A DNA stretch of 56,494 nt, filler included, from Sanchytrium tribonematis (taxonomy: Eukaryota), in assembly GCA_018985235.1 (NCBI GenBank). It is 4 parts of 4 records of this genome, joined end to end, with 100 filler letters (N's around TTAATTAATTAA, not from the genome) between each part and the next. Parts side by side here need not be neighbours in the genome. Positions count along the whole stretch, not along the records: positions 42,563 to 56,494 come from JADGIG010000178.1; 3 more parts are not named here. The stretch is one strand, 5' to 3'. The notes below the pieces were generated by a model. It saw nothing but the letters and a program-made list of their open reading frames with translations, was not told the DNA's origin and searched no databases. Below are positions 45,321 through 56,312 of this stretch, one piece after another (within the stretch, counting starts at the first letter, position 1; every line of letters begins with the position of its first letter). The position numbers and the translations under genes were made by a program.

Positions 45321-46385
45321 ATGCCACCTAAATACAATGAATTGTTCGAAACTTTACTTGAAAAAGTGAACCAAAATGAAGTCGGCCATCAATTTTATTC
45401 CACAGTGCAAGCCTATTCTGATGACTTGAACATTGAAATGAAAAAGTTTTGCGAGGTTTCAATTTCCATTAGCAAGAAAGTTGGAACATCGAAAAATAAA
45501 GCAGAGGCTGTCAAAGATTTTGAGTATAGTGAGGATCCTATTGTATCGCAGATTTGCCATAGGATTTATAATAAAAATGGTAAGCAATTAATTAGACCAC
45601 TGACAGAACTGCCAATATTTAGGACGTACAAAGATGCAATAAAGAAGAGTCTTAAGACAAAACAGTACCGAGACTTAGCAATATTGTTTGAAAATGTTGA
45701 CATTCATCGATTTTTGAAACATGGACTAAATGACTTTATTGAAAAGCTGCCAACTGCAAACTTGAAGATTCTAGGCCTGCAATTCTTCGAAGAGATAAGG
45801 GAGCGAGTAATTATTTATGATAAGTCAAAATACACCTTAATTTTAGACGAAAAAATTAGATCTTCGAAAATGAAAATGGGAGAGGCTGATTTCCCATTTA
45901 ATATTACAACGCTTTGTGATGTATTGTTTAAGGACTGGGGAGTCAAAAGTTTGAATTATTTATCACTCGCTAATAACTGCTTCGTGAAACAAGATTTGAA
46001 ATATATTAGAAAATTGATTGATACATTGGATATCAAAGTACTTAATTTAAGTGGCAATCGAATTTTGATCAACAAAGATGAAGAATACTTTGAAGACATT
46101 ATAAGAATTACTAAAAATGTCAATGAGTATACTGATTTTACATTAAATTATTTTCAATCAGATCCTTGGGCGTTGAGAAAAATCAAAGATGCCATGTTAC
46201 TAGAGAAATTTATATGGATTTTGCCAGAATTTGTAAGATCTAAGATACCGGATGATCCGATGAATGCAGGATGGTTAAAGTTATTAGAGAAAGATAATAT
46301 GTCGGATATTATAAATGCTGTTTATTATGCTCATGTGGAATACAAAACTAAGGTTGTGGAATTTAATTTAAGTAAATTTTGTTGA
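45321..46385 (+). CDS. Hypothetical protein with two LRR-like repeats
   Basis: LNYLSLANN and IKVLNLSGNRI. Confidence 0.5.
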   Translation: MPPKYNELFETLLEKVNQNEVGHQFYSTVQAYSDDLNIEMKKFCEVSISISKKVGTSKNKAEAVKDFEYSEDPIVSQICHRIYNKNGKQLIRPLTELPIFRTYKDAIKKSLKTKQYRDLAILFENVDIHRFLKHGLNDFIEKLPTANLKILGLQFFEEIRERVIIYDKSKYTLILDEKIRSSKMKMGEADFPFNITTLCDVLFKDWGVKSLNYLSLANNCFVKQDLKYIRKLIDTLDIKVLNLSGNRILINKDEEYFEDIIRITKNVNEYTDFTLNYFQSDPWALRKIKDAMLLEKFIWILPEFVRSKIPDDPMNAGWLKLLEKDNMSDIINAVYYAHVEYKTKVVEFNLSKFC

Positions 46386-46461
46386 ATGTCTATCTACAAA
46401 TTATAACATTAAAGGTGATTGCATTCTCACGAAAGAAGTCGATTATATGCGACTTTCCTGA

Positions 46462-47289
46462 TTAACGAATTTTCAATCGCTTTCTATGTGGACCTATTTG
46501 CTGGGCATTTTTCTCGAAAAAAAATTCGAATTTCCTTTTACTCGCATCCGAAAAATCTGTTATTTCAAATTTTGTAGCAATTTCTATTAGTTGGTTTTTC
46601 ATTCTTTCGTCTGTACCACTTAGCACAAGTAGGGATTCATTCAAAAAGTCCTCAACATCTGCATCGGTGGGATTGCATTTATAATTCATATTAATTTTTC
46701 TATTAACCAAATGCTCGATAACGCCAGAAGTATCCAACTGCAAGTCACAATCAGCTTCAAGTTTTAAAGATATTTGTCGCAGCTTCTTGCAAGCGTTTTT
46801 ATATAAGTCAGATGATTCTACTTCCTGAAAGTGTTTAGTGTCGAATCCGTCAATAAACATTTCCATACCTATCCAAACTACAATAGTTGTTAAGCTAGTA
46901 AAAAGAATCCTTCGATCTTTATCGGCTAGCTTTTTTACTATATTGTCGGTCTTTTTTACCAAATTGTTCATCTTATTTTTCAGGGTAGAAACGTCCACCA
47001 TTAGATTAACCTGTCCTTTAAACAAGGCATCGCAAGTAGATTGTAAAGCTATTGGTGTCTCTTTCACTGATACCTTGCCGTGATAGTCTTCGAGAAATTG
47101 GTTTGGGCTGCCAACCTCACAAGATAAAGATATCCCTCCTATTTCGACGCCTTTAAAAATTCGCCGGCCTGGCATGCTATTCAAATACCTACTAAACATT
47201 TCTACGAATTTATCTAGCAAAACCGCGCTTATTTTAAATTTGCTTTGTAGATTTTTAACAACTTGAGCCGTAAAATCTTCAGGAGACAT
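46462..47289 (-). CDS. Hypothetical protein
   Basis: 275-aa ORF with a short coiled coil and basic C-terminus. Confidence 0.5.
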   Translation of the reverse strand: MSPEDFTAQVVKNLQSKFKISAVLLDKFVEMFSRYLNSMPGRRIFKGVEIGGISLSCEVGSPNQFLEDYHGKVSVKETPIALQSTCDALFKGQVNLMVDVSTLKNKMNNLVKKTDNIVKKLADKDRRILFTSLTTIVVWIGMEMFIDGFDTKHFQEVESSDLYKNACKKLRQISLKLEADCDLQLDTSGVIEHLVNRKINMNYKCNPTDADVEDFLNESLLVLSGTDERMKNQLIEIATKFEITDFSDASKRKFEFFFEKNAQQIGPHRKRLKIR

Positions 47290-47382
47290 ATTTTAGTGTT
47301 TCACAATCTCAACTTAACAATAAGTGAAAAATTAAAGTCGCAAAGCAGACCATGTGGCCATTTGTATATTTATAAAGATTTA

Positions 47383-48123
47383 TTAGATCATACGTTGTGC
47401 CAATTGATTAATCAAATCTTCACGATCACCAACCTCTCCACCTTCTACAAAACCTTTAAATTTTCGAGGTCTGAATCCACCAGTTGGATGAGATAATTTG
47501 AAAGGCCACAAAAATGAGTTTGCTGCTTTGAAGTTTGGTCCAACAGTTACCAATTCGTGGATCAAATCCTCAATACAAATAATATCCAACTTACCCAAGT
47601 ATTCTTCAATTAAAGCATTTGAGTGCAACGGAACTCTTTGTAAAGTAGATCCAGTTTTTGCGGTGTTGATCTTTGCAAACCCACGCTTGTATACCAAATG
47701 TTTAATGGTTTTCAGATTTGGAGTTCCGTAAGCAACATACGGCTCAATGATTTTCAACATATTTTTGGTAGCTTTACTCATTCTTAATAATACAGCGTTA
47801 TTGATCTGGTACAATCTAAACAATTGCATAATCTTTCGAGGCTTTGGTGGAATTTTGTTGATACCTTTTAAACGGATAACTAAAACAACTTTAGGCTCAG
47901 CTTCAACATAATAATTTCCATCTCTTTTGGCAATTCTTCTTTCTCTTACGAGTTGCTTTTCTGCTTGTTGATATTCGTTCAAATAAGATTCAGCTCTTTT
48001 AAAGATAACTTGTCTCTTTGTCTTTGTATCTTTCTTCTTTTGAGCTGCGGCCAAAAGTCTCTCTTTACGTTGATTTTCTAATTGCTTACGTTGCTTTAAT
48101 ATGGTCTCTGGAATGGTTCTCAT
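47383..48123 (-). CDS. RPL7: 60S ribosomal protein L7 (uL30)
   Basis: IPETILK, IFKRAESY, LVYKRG, IICIEDLIHE, FLWPFKL; start at MRTIPET. Confidence 0.96.
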   Translation of the reverse strand: MRTIPETILKQRKQLENQRKERLLAAAQKKKDTKTKRQVIFKRAESYLNEYQQAEKQLVRERRIAKRDGNYYVEAEPKVVLVIRLKGINKIPPKPRKIMQLFRLYQINNAVLLRMSKATKNMLKIIEPYVAYGTPNLKTIKHLVYKRGFAKINTAKTGSTLQRVPLHSNALIEEYLGKLDIICIEDLIHELVTVGPNFKAANSFLWPFKLSHPTGGFRPRKFKGFVEGGEVGDREDLINQLAQRMI

Positions 48124-48166
48124 TCTGTTCAAAATATTATGATAGTTTCTTCTGGGGTCACCAGTC

Positions 48167-48186
48167 CACGTGTTGTGCCCAATCAG
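48167..48186 (-). promoter_or_regulatory. CACGTG E-box plus CCAAT box upstream of RPL7
   Basis: CACGTG 48167-48172 and CCAATCAG 48179-48186, 44-63 nt before the ATG. Confidence 0.45.
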
Positions 48187-48617
48187 AATTTGTTTTGAAA
48201 TAATTGGCAATTTTAAAACACAAAAATCTAGAGCGACTCAAAAATGACAAAAAAGCGATTACGTCCTTTTCACAATCTCTAAAAATTAGTATACCAAGTT
48301 TATTTGCCATATTATATAAATTTGTTTGTGCAAATGGTACCGTCTCAAACAAATTTTTTTTATCGGATTCATTTTAAATTTATGTTTTTTTGCCTTGTTT
48401 CTGAGAACTCTCAATTTTTGCTTGCATTTATTTTATGGTCGACAATTTTAAAGACTTTACTTCGAGTACTGCAATAATTCGCATCTCAATATAATCTATT
48501 CTTGTAATCATTGAAACCAATATGACTTGACTTAATTGTTTCCAAATTCCAAAGGGAACATATCGTGGAGCCCCAAAAGAATTGGATATCACCAAAGAAC
48601 TACCCGAGAGTTATGGT

Positions 48618-48758
48618 GTATGTGCTTTGAATGATATTGAGGGATTTGTTGACAACAAAAATTCGTATATGCTTTGAATGATATCGAGGGATTTGTTGAC
48701 AATAAAAATTGGTATATGCTTTGAATGATATTGGGGGATTTGTTGACAATAAAAATTC
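48618..48758. repeat. Three tandem 47-bp repeats
   Basis: gctttgaatgatat at 48624, 48671 and 48718. Confidence 0.9.
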
Positions 48759-49256
48759 GATAAGCGAGAAAGAAAGGGACTTGGCGAGTCTAGTAGATTA
48801 AATCCTTGGAGCCCTAATATAAGACACAAGCTAGCACATTCGAGGACCCTAATGAGATATCATATGGCCTAGTGCATTCAATCAGGAACTCAATGTAGCA
48901 TACAATAAGGTAGCTGAGGATTTTGTAAATCGAGTTCTGAATTTGTGGAACTATTGACTAGCGTGACAAAACCTTTAAATGAATTCATTCATGGTTTTAC
49001 AATTATGCTGATACGAAAGAAGTAGTCCTAGGGAATTATATCACATCGGAATTATTCTTATGTCAAGAAGTGGCCCTTCTTTGCACTTCATTGGTCAATG
49101 ACATAGCCATTTTAAAGCATTCTAAATTGGGCGAGAAAACAAGAGTTTAATCAAAATAACAACAGTTATTAACAATGGCGTTGATGAAGATGGACAATTC
49201 TCTGAACTCGAGTTCAAACTTAATGAAATAAAGGGATCATCCTCACTTTCAATTGG

Positions 49257-49856
49257 ATGCGTTCACACTCCCGAAACATAATCAGCATGACACCTAAAAT
49301 TGGAATTATTATTGGAAGTACCAGACCTGGACGCATTGGAGAACAAATTTCTCAATGGGTACTTCGAACAATGTCAGCAACAGGTGGTCTAGAATTGGTA
49401 CTCATTGATCTAGCCAAGATTAATCTTCCGTTCTTAAACGAACCAGCTGTTCCGGCCTCTGTAGATCCGGCTAACTATGTTTATGAGCACACCAAATCGT
49501 GGAGTAAGCAAATTTCAGAATTAGATGGCTATGTATTTGTAACTCCAGAGTATAATGGAGGTTACCCTGCACCATTGAAAAATGCGATTGATACTTTGTA
49601 CAAGGAATGGATGGGTAAACCTGGAATTATTGTTTCTTACGGCATGGGTGGCGGGAAATCAGCTTCAGCTCAATTGCGAAAAGTCTTGGAAGGTCCACCC
49701 AAAATGAAAATTGTAGCTACTGCTCCAGCCATTGTATTTGATAAGGCTAAAATGAATGATTCTCATCATTATAAGAATCCTGATGATGGATTGTCTCCAT
49801 TTAAGATCGAATTAATTGAGGCGACAACACAATTGAAAAAACATGAATTTAAGTAA
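49257..49856 (+). CDS. NADPH-dependent FMN reductase (start may be 49287)
   Basis: IIGSTRPGRIG, TPEYNGGYPAPLKNAID, VSYG. Confidence 0.9.
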   Translation: MRSHSRNIISMTPKIGIIIGSTRPGRIGEQISQWVLRTMSATGGLELVLIDLAKINLPFLNEPAVPASVDPANYVYEHTKSWSKQISELDGYVFVTPEYNGGYPAPLKNAIDTLYKEWMGKPGIIVSYGMGGGKSASAQLRKVLEGPPKMKIVATAPAIVFDKAKMNDSHHYKNPDDGLSPFKIELIEATTQLKKHEFK

Positions 49857-49927
49857 ATTTGATGAGAACCAAGTGCAATTCTTTTTAATCAAAAGCATTT
49901 TAAAACAGTATTCTTCGCAATATCTAT

Positions 49928-52900
49928 TTATTTAAGACTATATTTACGCTCATATTGTCCCACTACTTCACCTTGAGATAAAATAATTTCTCTTGCCAAA
50001 CTAATCATTGCTTCCTTTAAAATCCCATCGCCTTTGCTATCTAATTGAATCTCTAATTTGAACCCATTTGGATATTCCATTAATGGAAAGTGATCGACAT
50101 CGGTCAATGTCCAAGCTTTGCGGTCAACCTTGAAATAATTTCCTTTTTTTATAGTATTACCATCACTGATCCATCTTCCAATTAATTCTCCATTAGCGAA
50201 AATATTGGCTTTTAGCATTTGGCCATTTAACTTAAGGCTCATTGGAGCTTTATGCGTTTTTGACTCAATTGAAGGAACGTCCCAAGATATCCACTTGATT
50301 GATCCAGCCTCAAGATGCAAGGGGAGAGATTGTGTGTCATTTGTTATTGAGTTACCCGCATCCTTTTTCGAACCAGATGCAATTTGCCATTTAGTAATTT
50401 TTTCACCATTGATTTTCCCATCACCAACTATGCCTTTAACGGAATCAAAACCTACTACAGGGTCCCTAATATGAATTCCAGTCGGAATGAGATGATTAAA
50501 TATTGAAATTCTCCCGAGTGATCCTCTGGGAAACTAAATGAGAAAACAAGTACCATAAAATTGCCTCTTCCCCATATATCAACCCTGACATAAAGTTCGT
50601 TTAATCCCATTTTTAAAAAAGTCTTGTCTATTTTAAATCCATAGTGTGGATTCCAACTAGAACTTTCAATTTTGGTACCCAATGGACATAAACTTGCAAC
50701 GTGGTGACCATTTACAAAGACTGTTGCGAAATCGGCAACCGAGTCCAATTCAATTGATATTTTTTTAATTTTTTCCAGTTTAAAATTTGCTTTATAATGA
50801 ACATAATCATTGTAAATTCCTAAGGATTCGCTCGATTCTAATGGAGCTGAGTACTCCTTAAAGTCAAAGTTGGTCGAGTCCAAATTTATATTGAATTGCG
50901 TTTTTGATAAATCGATTTCTTGGAGAGAAATTCCATCATTAGGAACAGCGTATTGGTGCAACAGATTGTCTTGATATAACTTTTTAAATTTCAGTTCCAA
51001 TTGATAACTCCAAAAAAATCGAGAGTGATCTACGAATGAAATTTGATTTGTACGCGGGTTATAAATGTCTACTCCGATCAAAAACGATAATTTTTCAATG
51101 TGATACACTCTTGCACTCAGAAATCTGCCAAAAACAATCACATCTGTGTCGCCGATGTGATACAATATAGGCTTATCTCCTTGATTGGGAACTATACCAT
51201 GTACTAAAATAATTAAAGTATCAGCCTTGGACTCTACAATTTCGAATTCCATTTTTGCCTTGTCCAATTGGATTGACTTGGAAATCTCAATTTGGAATTC
51301 GTAGGGAGTTTGCTCTTTATTGTATAGCATCAAAACACTCTTCCCTTGATATTCTTTATGTAAAAGAACTTCTGCGGTAGAATACAGTAATTTTAAATGA
51401 CCAATTGGCAAATTTACCATTAAATGAAACATATAGAAGAACTCTGCATTTCCGTTCACTGAACCATCTTTGAGTTGAATAGTTCTTACTTGTTCCTGAG
51501 GAACTACAAAATTAGTTTTGACGGGAAACTTGAGATTATACACTGAAATTGAATTTGGCTTGACTATAATATCACCTTTTGATCCATCATTTAGCAATCC
51601 AATAAAGCAGGTTTGATTAGCTAGTGGAAGCCAATATATCACTTTGCCCCCTTTTGCATCTGGGTCCTTGCTGCCCAAATCTGGGGAATCTATAAATACA
51701 ATATCACTTGCTCCTTCAATTTTTTTGCTCAATTTCCGGTGTTTCTTACCTGAGATGGTTCTAAAAGGGGCATTTGCAGGCGCAATAATATGTTCAAAAG
51801 ACTCGTACATTGTCGTTAGCCGTCTTATCTGAAAAAATTTGTCTCTTAGTTGACCAGACGCAGATACGGCACCATTGTAATCAACTACGGATGGGAACAT
51901 AGCCATTGGAGGCTTTACAAATCCGTTGAAGAGATCCTTGTATGAGAAATGCACTATTTGGTTTAATGCTTTCGGTAGATCTTTTGGGTTCATTACACCT
52001 GGAAGTTGAAGTATCTGGCTATTATGATGGCCTTTTTGGTACATTCCAAATGCATTGAAATGACTCACCAAGTCCATACCGGCCAGTATCATCCTTGAGT
52101 ACATTGTCGCACTTCTGAACGTTTCTGAAATACCAGAAGGATATTTATGGTAGTTTACAATTTTTGATTGGAATATTTTGTACTTGTAAGTTAAATACTC
52201 TATATTTTTCCAGCTACCATAAAAATTTGGCAAAGGTAGGACCTCTTCAATACCGCCCATACCACCTAGTTCATAATTACCTGGACAATGTGTGATTGGA
52301 ATTGTAATTCCTTGTTCTTTCACCATTTCTCTTAGTAAATACATGACATTGTATGTATTCAACGTCGTATTAAAAGGTCGCTCCTGCTTGTTATTATACA
52401 TAGCATATGTATCGACTTTTACAGAGGATTCAAAATAGTTATATTCATTTTCAATTTGATAAAGAATGACGGTCCCACCAGTTGTGAGCTGATAATCTTT
52501 TACAATTGAGTTGACTTTTTCAAAATAGATTTTAACAATTTGCATATAATCTAAATCATCAGTTCGGACAGCGTATTTTCCGTCCAAGGAATCCGGGTTG
52601 ATATGCTTTTCTGATTTTCCAATTACCCATGAAGGGATTCCACCACCATTCTCTTCGTTGCAAATATAAGGCCCAGGTCGGAAATAAACATACAAACCAT
52701 GTTCCTTACACATTTGAAGAAAATCTCGCATGTCATCTAAATGAAACTCATTCTGTAGTGGTTCAATATATTGCCAACTCACGTACATTTCTACAGTGTT
52801 ATACCCTATAGCTTTGAATTTATCTAATCGATCTTGCCATTCAGTTTTCGGTAGTCTGTACCATTGTAACGAACCAGATCTTAGCAATGTCGGTTTTCCA

Positions 52901-52968
52901 TTGATAGTGAAGTGCGACTGACTCAATTCTATTTGTGAAAACAGTAAAAGGGACAATAAGAATGTCAT
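49928..52968 (-). CDS. Secreted GH35 beta-galactosidase (intron 50534-50553)
   Basis: YVSW, RPGPYICNE..GGGIPSW, YQIENEY, DYNGAVS; 3021 nt in frame. Confidence 0.88.
50534..50553 (-). other. 20-nt spliceosomal intron
   Basis: gtacttgttttctcatttag; links to the 49928 ORF frame. Confidence 0.85.
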
Positions 52969-53178
52969 GTGTTGTCCTTTGTTGCGGGTGAGGGTAAATG
53001 TGACTAATTGCGTCATTATAAGCGAATCATGACACGAATGCAAAACCCAAAAAACCCTGAATTCGAATATTGTTGCTGCGCATTCAAATCATGAAGAACT
53101 GATTTTTAATGCCAAAATGAGATGGTGCCCACTTTCAAAACTCATCAATTGGGTTGCCACAATTAATTTTTGTAACAA

Positions 53179-55438
53179 ATGTTCCGCAGAGCTGCCCATC
53201 TTTCTAACTTTGACAAAGGGAAACAGATCCCATGGACCAAATATATTGATAAATTGAAAATTGTAAAAGACAGACTCAATTCAAATTTAACCTTGGCTGA
53301 AAAGATTGTGTACGGACATTTGGATGATCCAAAAAATCAAGATATTCAACGAGGAAAATCATACTTGATGTTGAGACCAGATCGTGTTGCTTGCCAAGAT
53401 GCTACAGCCCAGATGGCCATTCTTCAATTTATGAGTGCCGGTATTCCAAAAGTTGCAGTTCCTACAACTGTCCATTGCGACCATTTAATTACAGCTGAGA
53501 AAGGAGGAATTAAGGATTTAGCAGAGGCTAACAAAATTAACGGAGAAGTATACGAGTTTTTAAGTTCAGCAAGTAAGAAATATGGTATCGGTTTTTGGAA
53601 ACCAGGTTCAGGAATTATTCATCAAATTATCTTGGAAAACTACGCTTTTCCAGGGGCAATGATTATTGGAACTGACAGTCATACTCCAAATGGAGGTGGA
53701 TTAGGTACAATCGCAGTCGGTGTTGGCGGTGCTGATGCTGTTGATGTAATGGCTAATTTGCCTTGGGAATTAAAATGTCCTAAAGTCATTGGTGTTAAGT
53801 TGACAGGTAAATTAAATGGTTGGAGTGCTCCTAAAGATGTGATCTGTAAACTTGCTGATATTTTGACTGTAAAAGGAGGTACTGGACATATTGTAGAATA
53901 TTTTGGACCTGGTGTAGAAACTCTAAGTGCCACTGGAATGGGAACTATTTGTAATATGGGTGCCGAGATTGGCGCTACAACCAGTGTATTTCCATACACT
54001 CAAAGTATGTATGACTATCTAGTCGCAACAAAACGTAAGGATATCGCTGAAGAGGCAAAGAAATATAAGGATGTTTATTTGAGAGCAGATGAAGGTGCTA
54101 AATATGACAGAGTCATCGAAATTGATTTGTCAAAACTAGAGCCATTGATTAATGGTCCTTTCACCCCAGATTTAAGTACTCCAATATCCAAATTTGCAGA
54201 AACATCTAAAAAGAACGATTGGCCGCAAGAACTAAAAGTGGGATTGATCGGAAGTTGTACCAATTCCAGTTATGAAGACATGACACGTGCAGCTGATCTT
54301 TGCAAACAAGCAACTAAAGCGGGATTGAAAGCCAAGTCTCAATTTGTTATTACACCTGGAAGTGAACAGGTAAGAGCTACAATTGAAAGAGACGGCATTA
54401 TTGAGGAATTTGAAAAAGCAGGTGGAGTCGTCTTGGCAAATGCTTGTGGTCCATGCGTACATTAAACTTATTTAGATTGGTCAATGGAACAGAACTGATG
54501 TTAAAAAAGGTGACAAAAACACCATTGTCACTTCTTACAATAGAAATTTTACTGGTAGAAATGATGCCAACCCTGCAACCCACGCATTTGTTACCTCGCC
54601 AGAAATTGTTACAGCAATGGTCTTCGGAGGTAATCTTGGGTTCAATCCATTGAAAGATAGTATCGATGGATTTAAATTCAAACCACCAACTGGAATTTCC
54701 CTTCCTGTAAAGGGATACGATCCAGGTGCTAATACTTATCAAGAGCCAGGTAAATTAGATGTAGACGTGTCTGTAGATCCTAAATCAAATCGATTACAAA
54801 AATTAACACCATTTAAAAAATGGGATGGAAAAGACAAGAAAGATTTGCCTGTTCTTATTAAAGTTAAGGGTAAATGTACAACCGATCACATCAGTGCTGC
54901 TGGTCCTTGGTTGAAATACCGTGGTCATTTGGACAATATCAGTAATAATATGTTAATTGGTGCAGTCAATTCTGACAATAACAAGATGAATAACATTTTA
55001 AATCAGACAAATGGCAAATATGATGCTGTTCCAAAAGTTGCAAGAGATTACAAGTCTAAATCACTCGAATGGGTCGTATTTGGTGATGAAAATTACGGAG
55101 AAGGAAGCTCAAGAGAACACGCTGCATTAGAAGTGAGACATTTGGGTGGTGCTGCTATCATCGTCAAGTCTTTCGCTAGAATTCACGAAACAAACTTGAA
55201 AAAACAAGGTATGTTGCCACTTACATTTAAGGATCCTAAAGATTACGACAAAGTTAGACCAGATGATCACGTAGATATTGTTGGCTTAACTAAATTATCC
55301 CCAAATGTGCCACTTAAAATTATCTTAAAGCATAAAGATGGCTCAAAAGATGAATTTGAGGTCCTTCACACTTACAATGACAACCAGATTGGATGGTTCA
55401 AACATGGAAGCGCATTAAACAAAATGGCAGCTAAATAA
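53179..55438 (+). CDS. ACO1: Mitochondrial-type aconitase (intron 54457-54475)
   Basis: QDATAQ, HCDH, GTDSHT, GSCTN, ACGPC-IGQW, TTDHIS, GSSREH. Confidence 0.97.
54457..54475 (+). other. 19-nt spliceosomal intron
   Basis: gtacattaaacttatttag; removal restores CGPCIGQW. Confidence 0.95.
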
Positions 55439-55493
55439 ACCTTATTTATAAATCAATCTTTCTTATATCATTCAGGAACAGAAATGGGTTTAT

Positions 55494-55901
55494 TTAGAAT
55501 TGTCCAAAGTTATTTGGATCGTAGATATCCAATGCTTTCATTTGGTTATAATCGTGCTGTATTTTTAAAGGGTCTATCCTTTTCTCATCTCTGTGTTTAG
55601 CAAGCATATGTTTCTTTGCTACATTATAATAAATATACCATCATGTTTTTGTTTGAATGCCTTATCACAGTAATGGCAAGCGTAAAATTTTAAACTGAGA
55701 TGTGTCTTTACTACGTTAATAAATCATACCATGTGATGTTAATTGATGTCTTTTTGGTGAACTAAAACTGCATTGACTAATAGATTGGAATGGACATGAA
55801 TATATGTCAAATCGACTAGTTTTATATCCGATGTGTGCTTCACAGATATGAGAATAAACATCTGGTGTTTTTTCAAAGCAAATGGAGCAGAGAGATTTCA
55901 T
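55494..55901 (-). CDS. Minimal PacC/Rim101-like three-finger protein, 122 aa (introns 55711-55729 and 55619-55638)
   Basis: VYSHICEAHIGYK, KRHQLTSH-VKTHLSLK, CHYCDKAFKQKHD-AKKHMLAKH after splicing; 369 nt. Confidence 0.85.
55619..55638 (-). other. 20-nt spliceosomal intron
   Basis: gtatatttattataatgtag; removal completes finger 3. Confidence 0.88.
55711..55729 (-). other. 19-nt spliceosomal intron
   Basis: gtatgatttattaacgtag; removal completes finger 2. Confidence 0.88.
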
Positions 55902-56212
55902 AAATTGTTTCAGTCAGTGACAATGTAGAAAAAGTTATGAAAGGGAATTGATTGGATTATATAGATGCAAGCAATATGCGTGAAAATAATCATTTGCAGA
56001 AAATTCTCAAGTTTAAAATATAACTCCCGTTTCGCCGAATACACAGCGACTGCGCAACAGCGGCGAATAGAACAAATTAAAAACTAAAATCTTTATTGTA
56101 AATAAGATTTTACTTATGTGCAATTCTTCCAAGTTAAAGAGTTTCAAAAGCAACAAGAGAAGCTTGAAGGGCAAAGATTAAAATGTATTAAAGATAAGCC
56201 CCTATGTTTGCC

Positions 56213-56284
56213 GGCGGTATAGTGTAGTGGTTATCACATTTGGTTCTGATCCAAATAACTCGAGTTCGAATCTCGATACTGCCT
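56213..56284 (+). tRNA. tRNA-Gln (CTG)
   Basis: Acceptor GGCGGTA/TACTGCC; anticodon arm TTTGG-TTCTGAT-CCAAA; T arm TCGAG-TTCGAAT-CTCGA; T run downstream. Confidence 0.93.
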
Positions 56285-56312
56285 TATTTTGGAACGAATA
56301 AATTTTATTAAC

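Noticed and set aside
48124..48210. N-terminal extension of RPL7
   Set aside because: Uses a non-ATG start and covers promoter-like motifs; homology begins at MRTIPET
48618..48758. CRISPR array
   Set aside because: Head-to-tail repeats without unique spacers; eukaryotic context; no cas genes
371..54475. Split ORFs as sequencing frameshifts, pseudogenes or programmed frameshifting
   Set aside because: Each has an extra 19-20 nt GT..AG segment with a shared consensus whose exact removal restores the protein
1719..54742. Many short antisense or overlapping ORFs in the track
   Set aside because: Shadows of real CDSs with no motifs of their own
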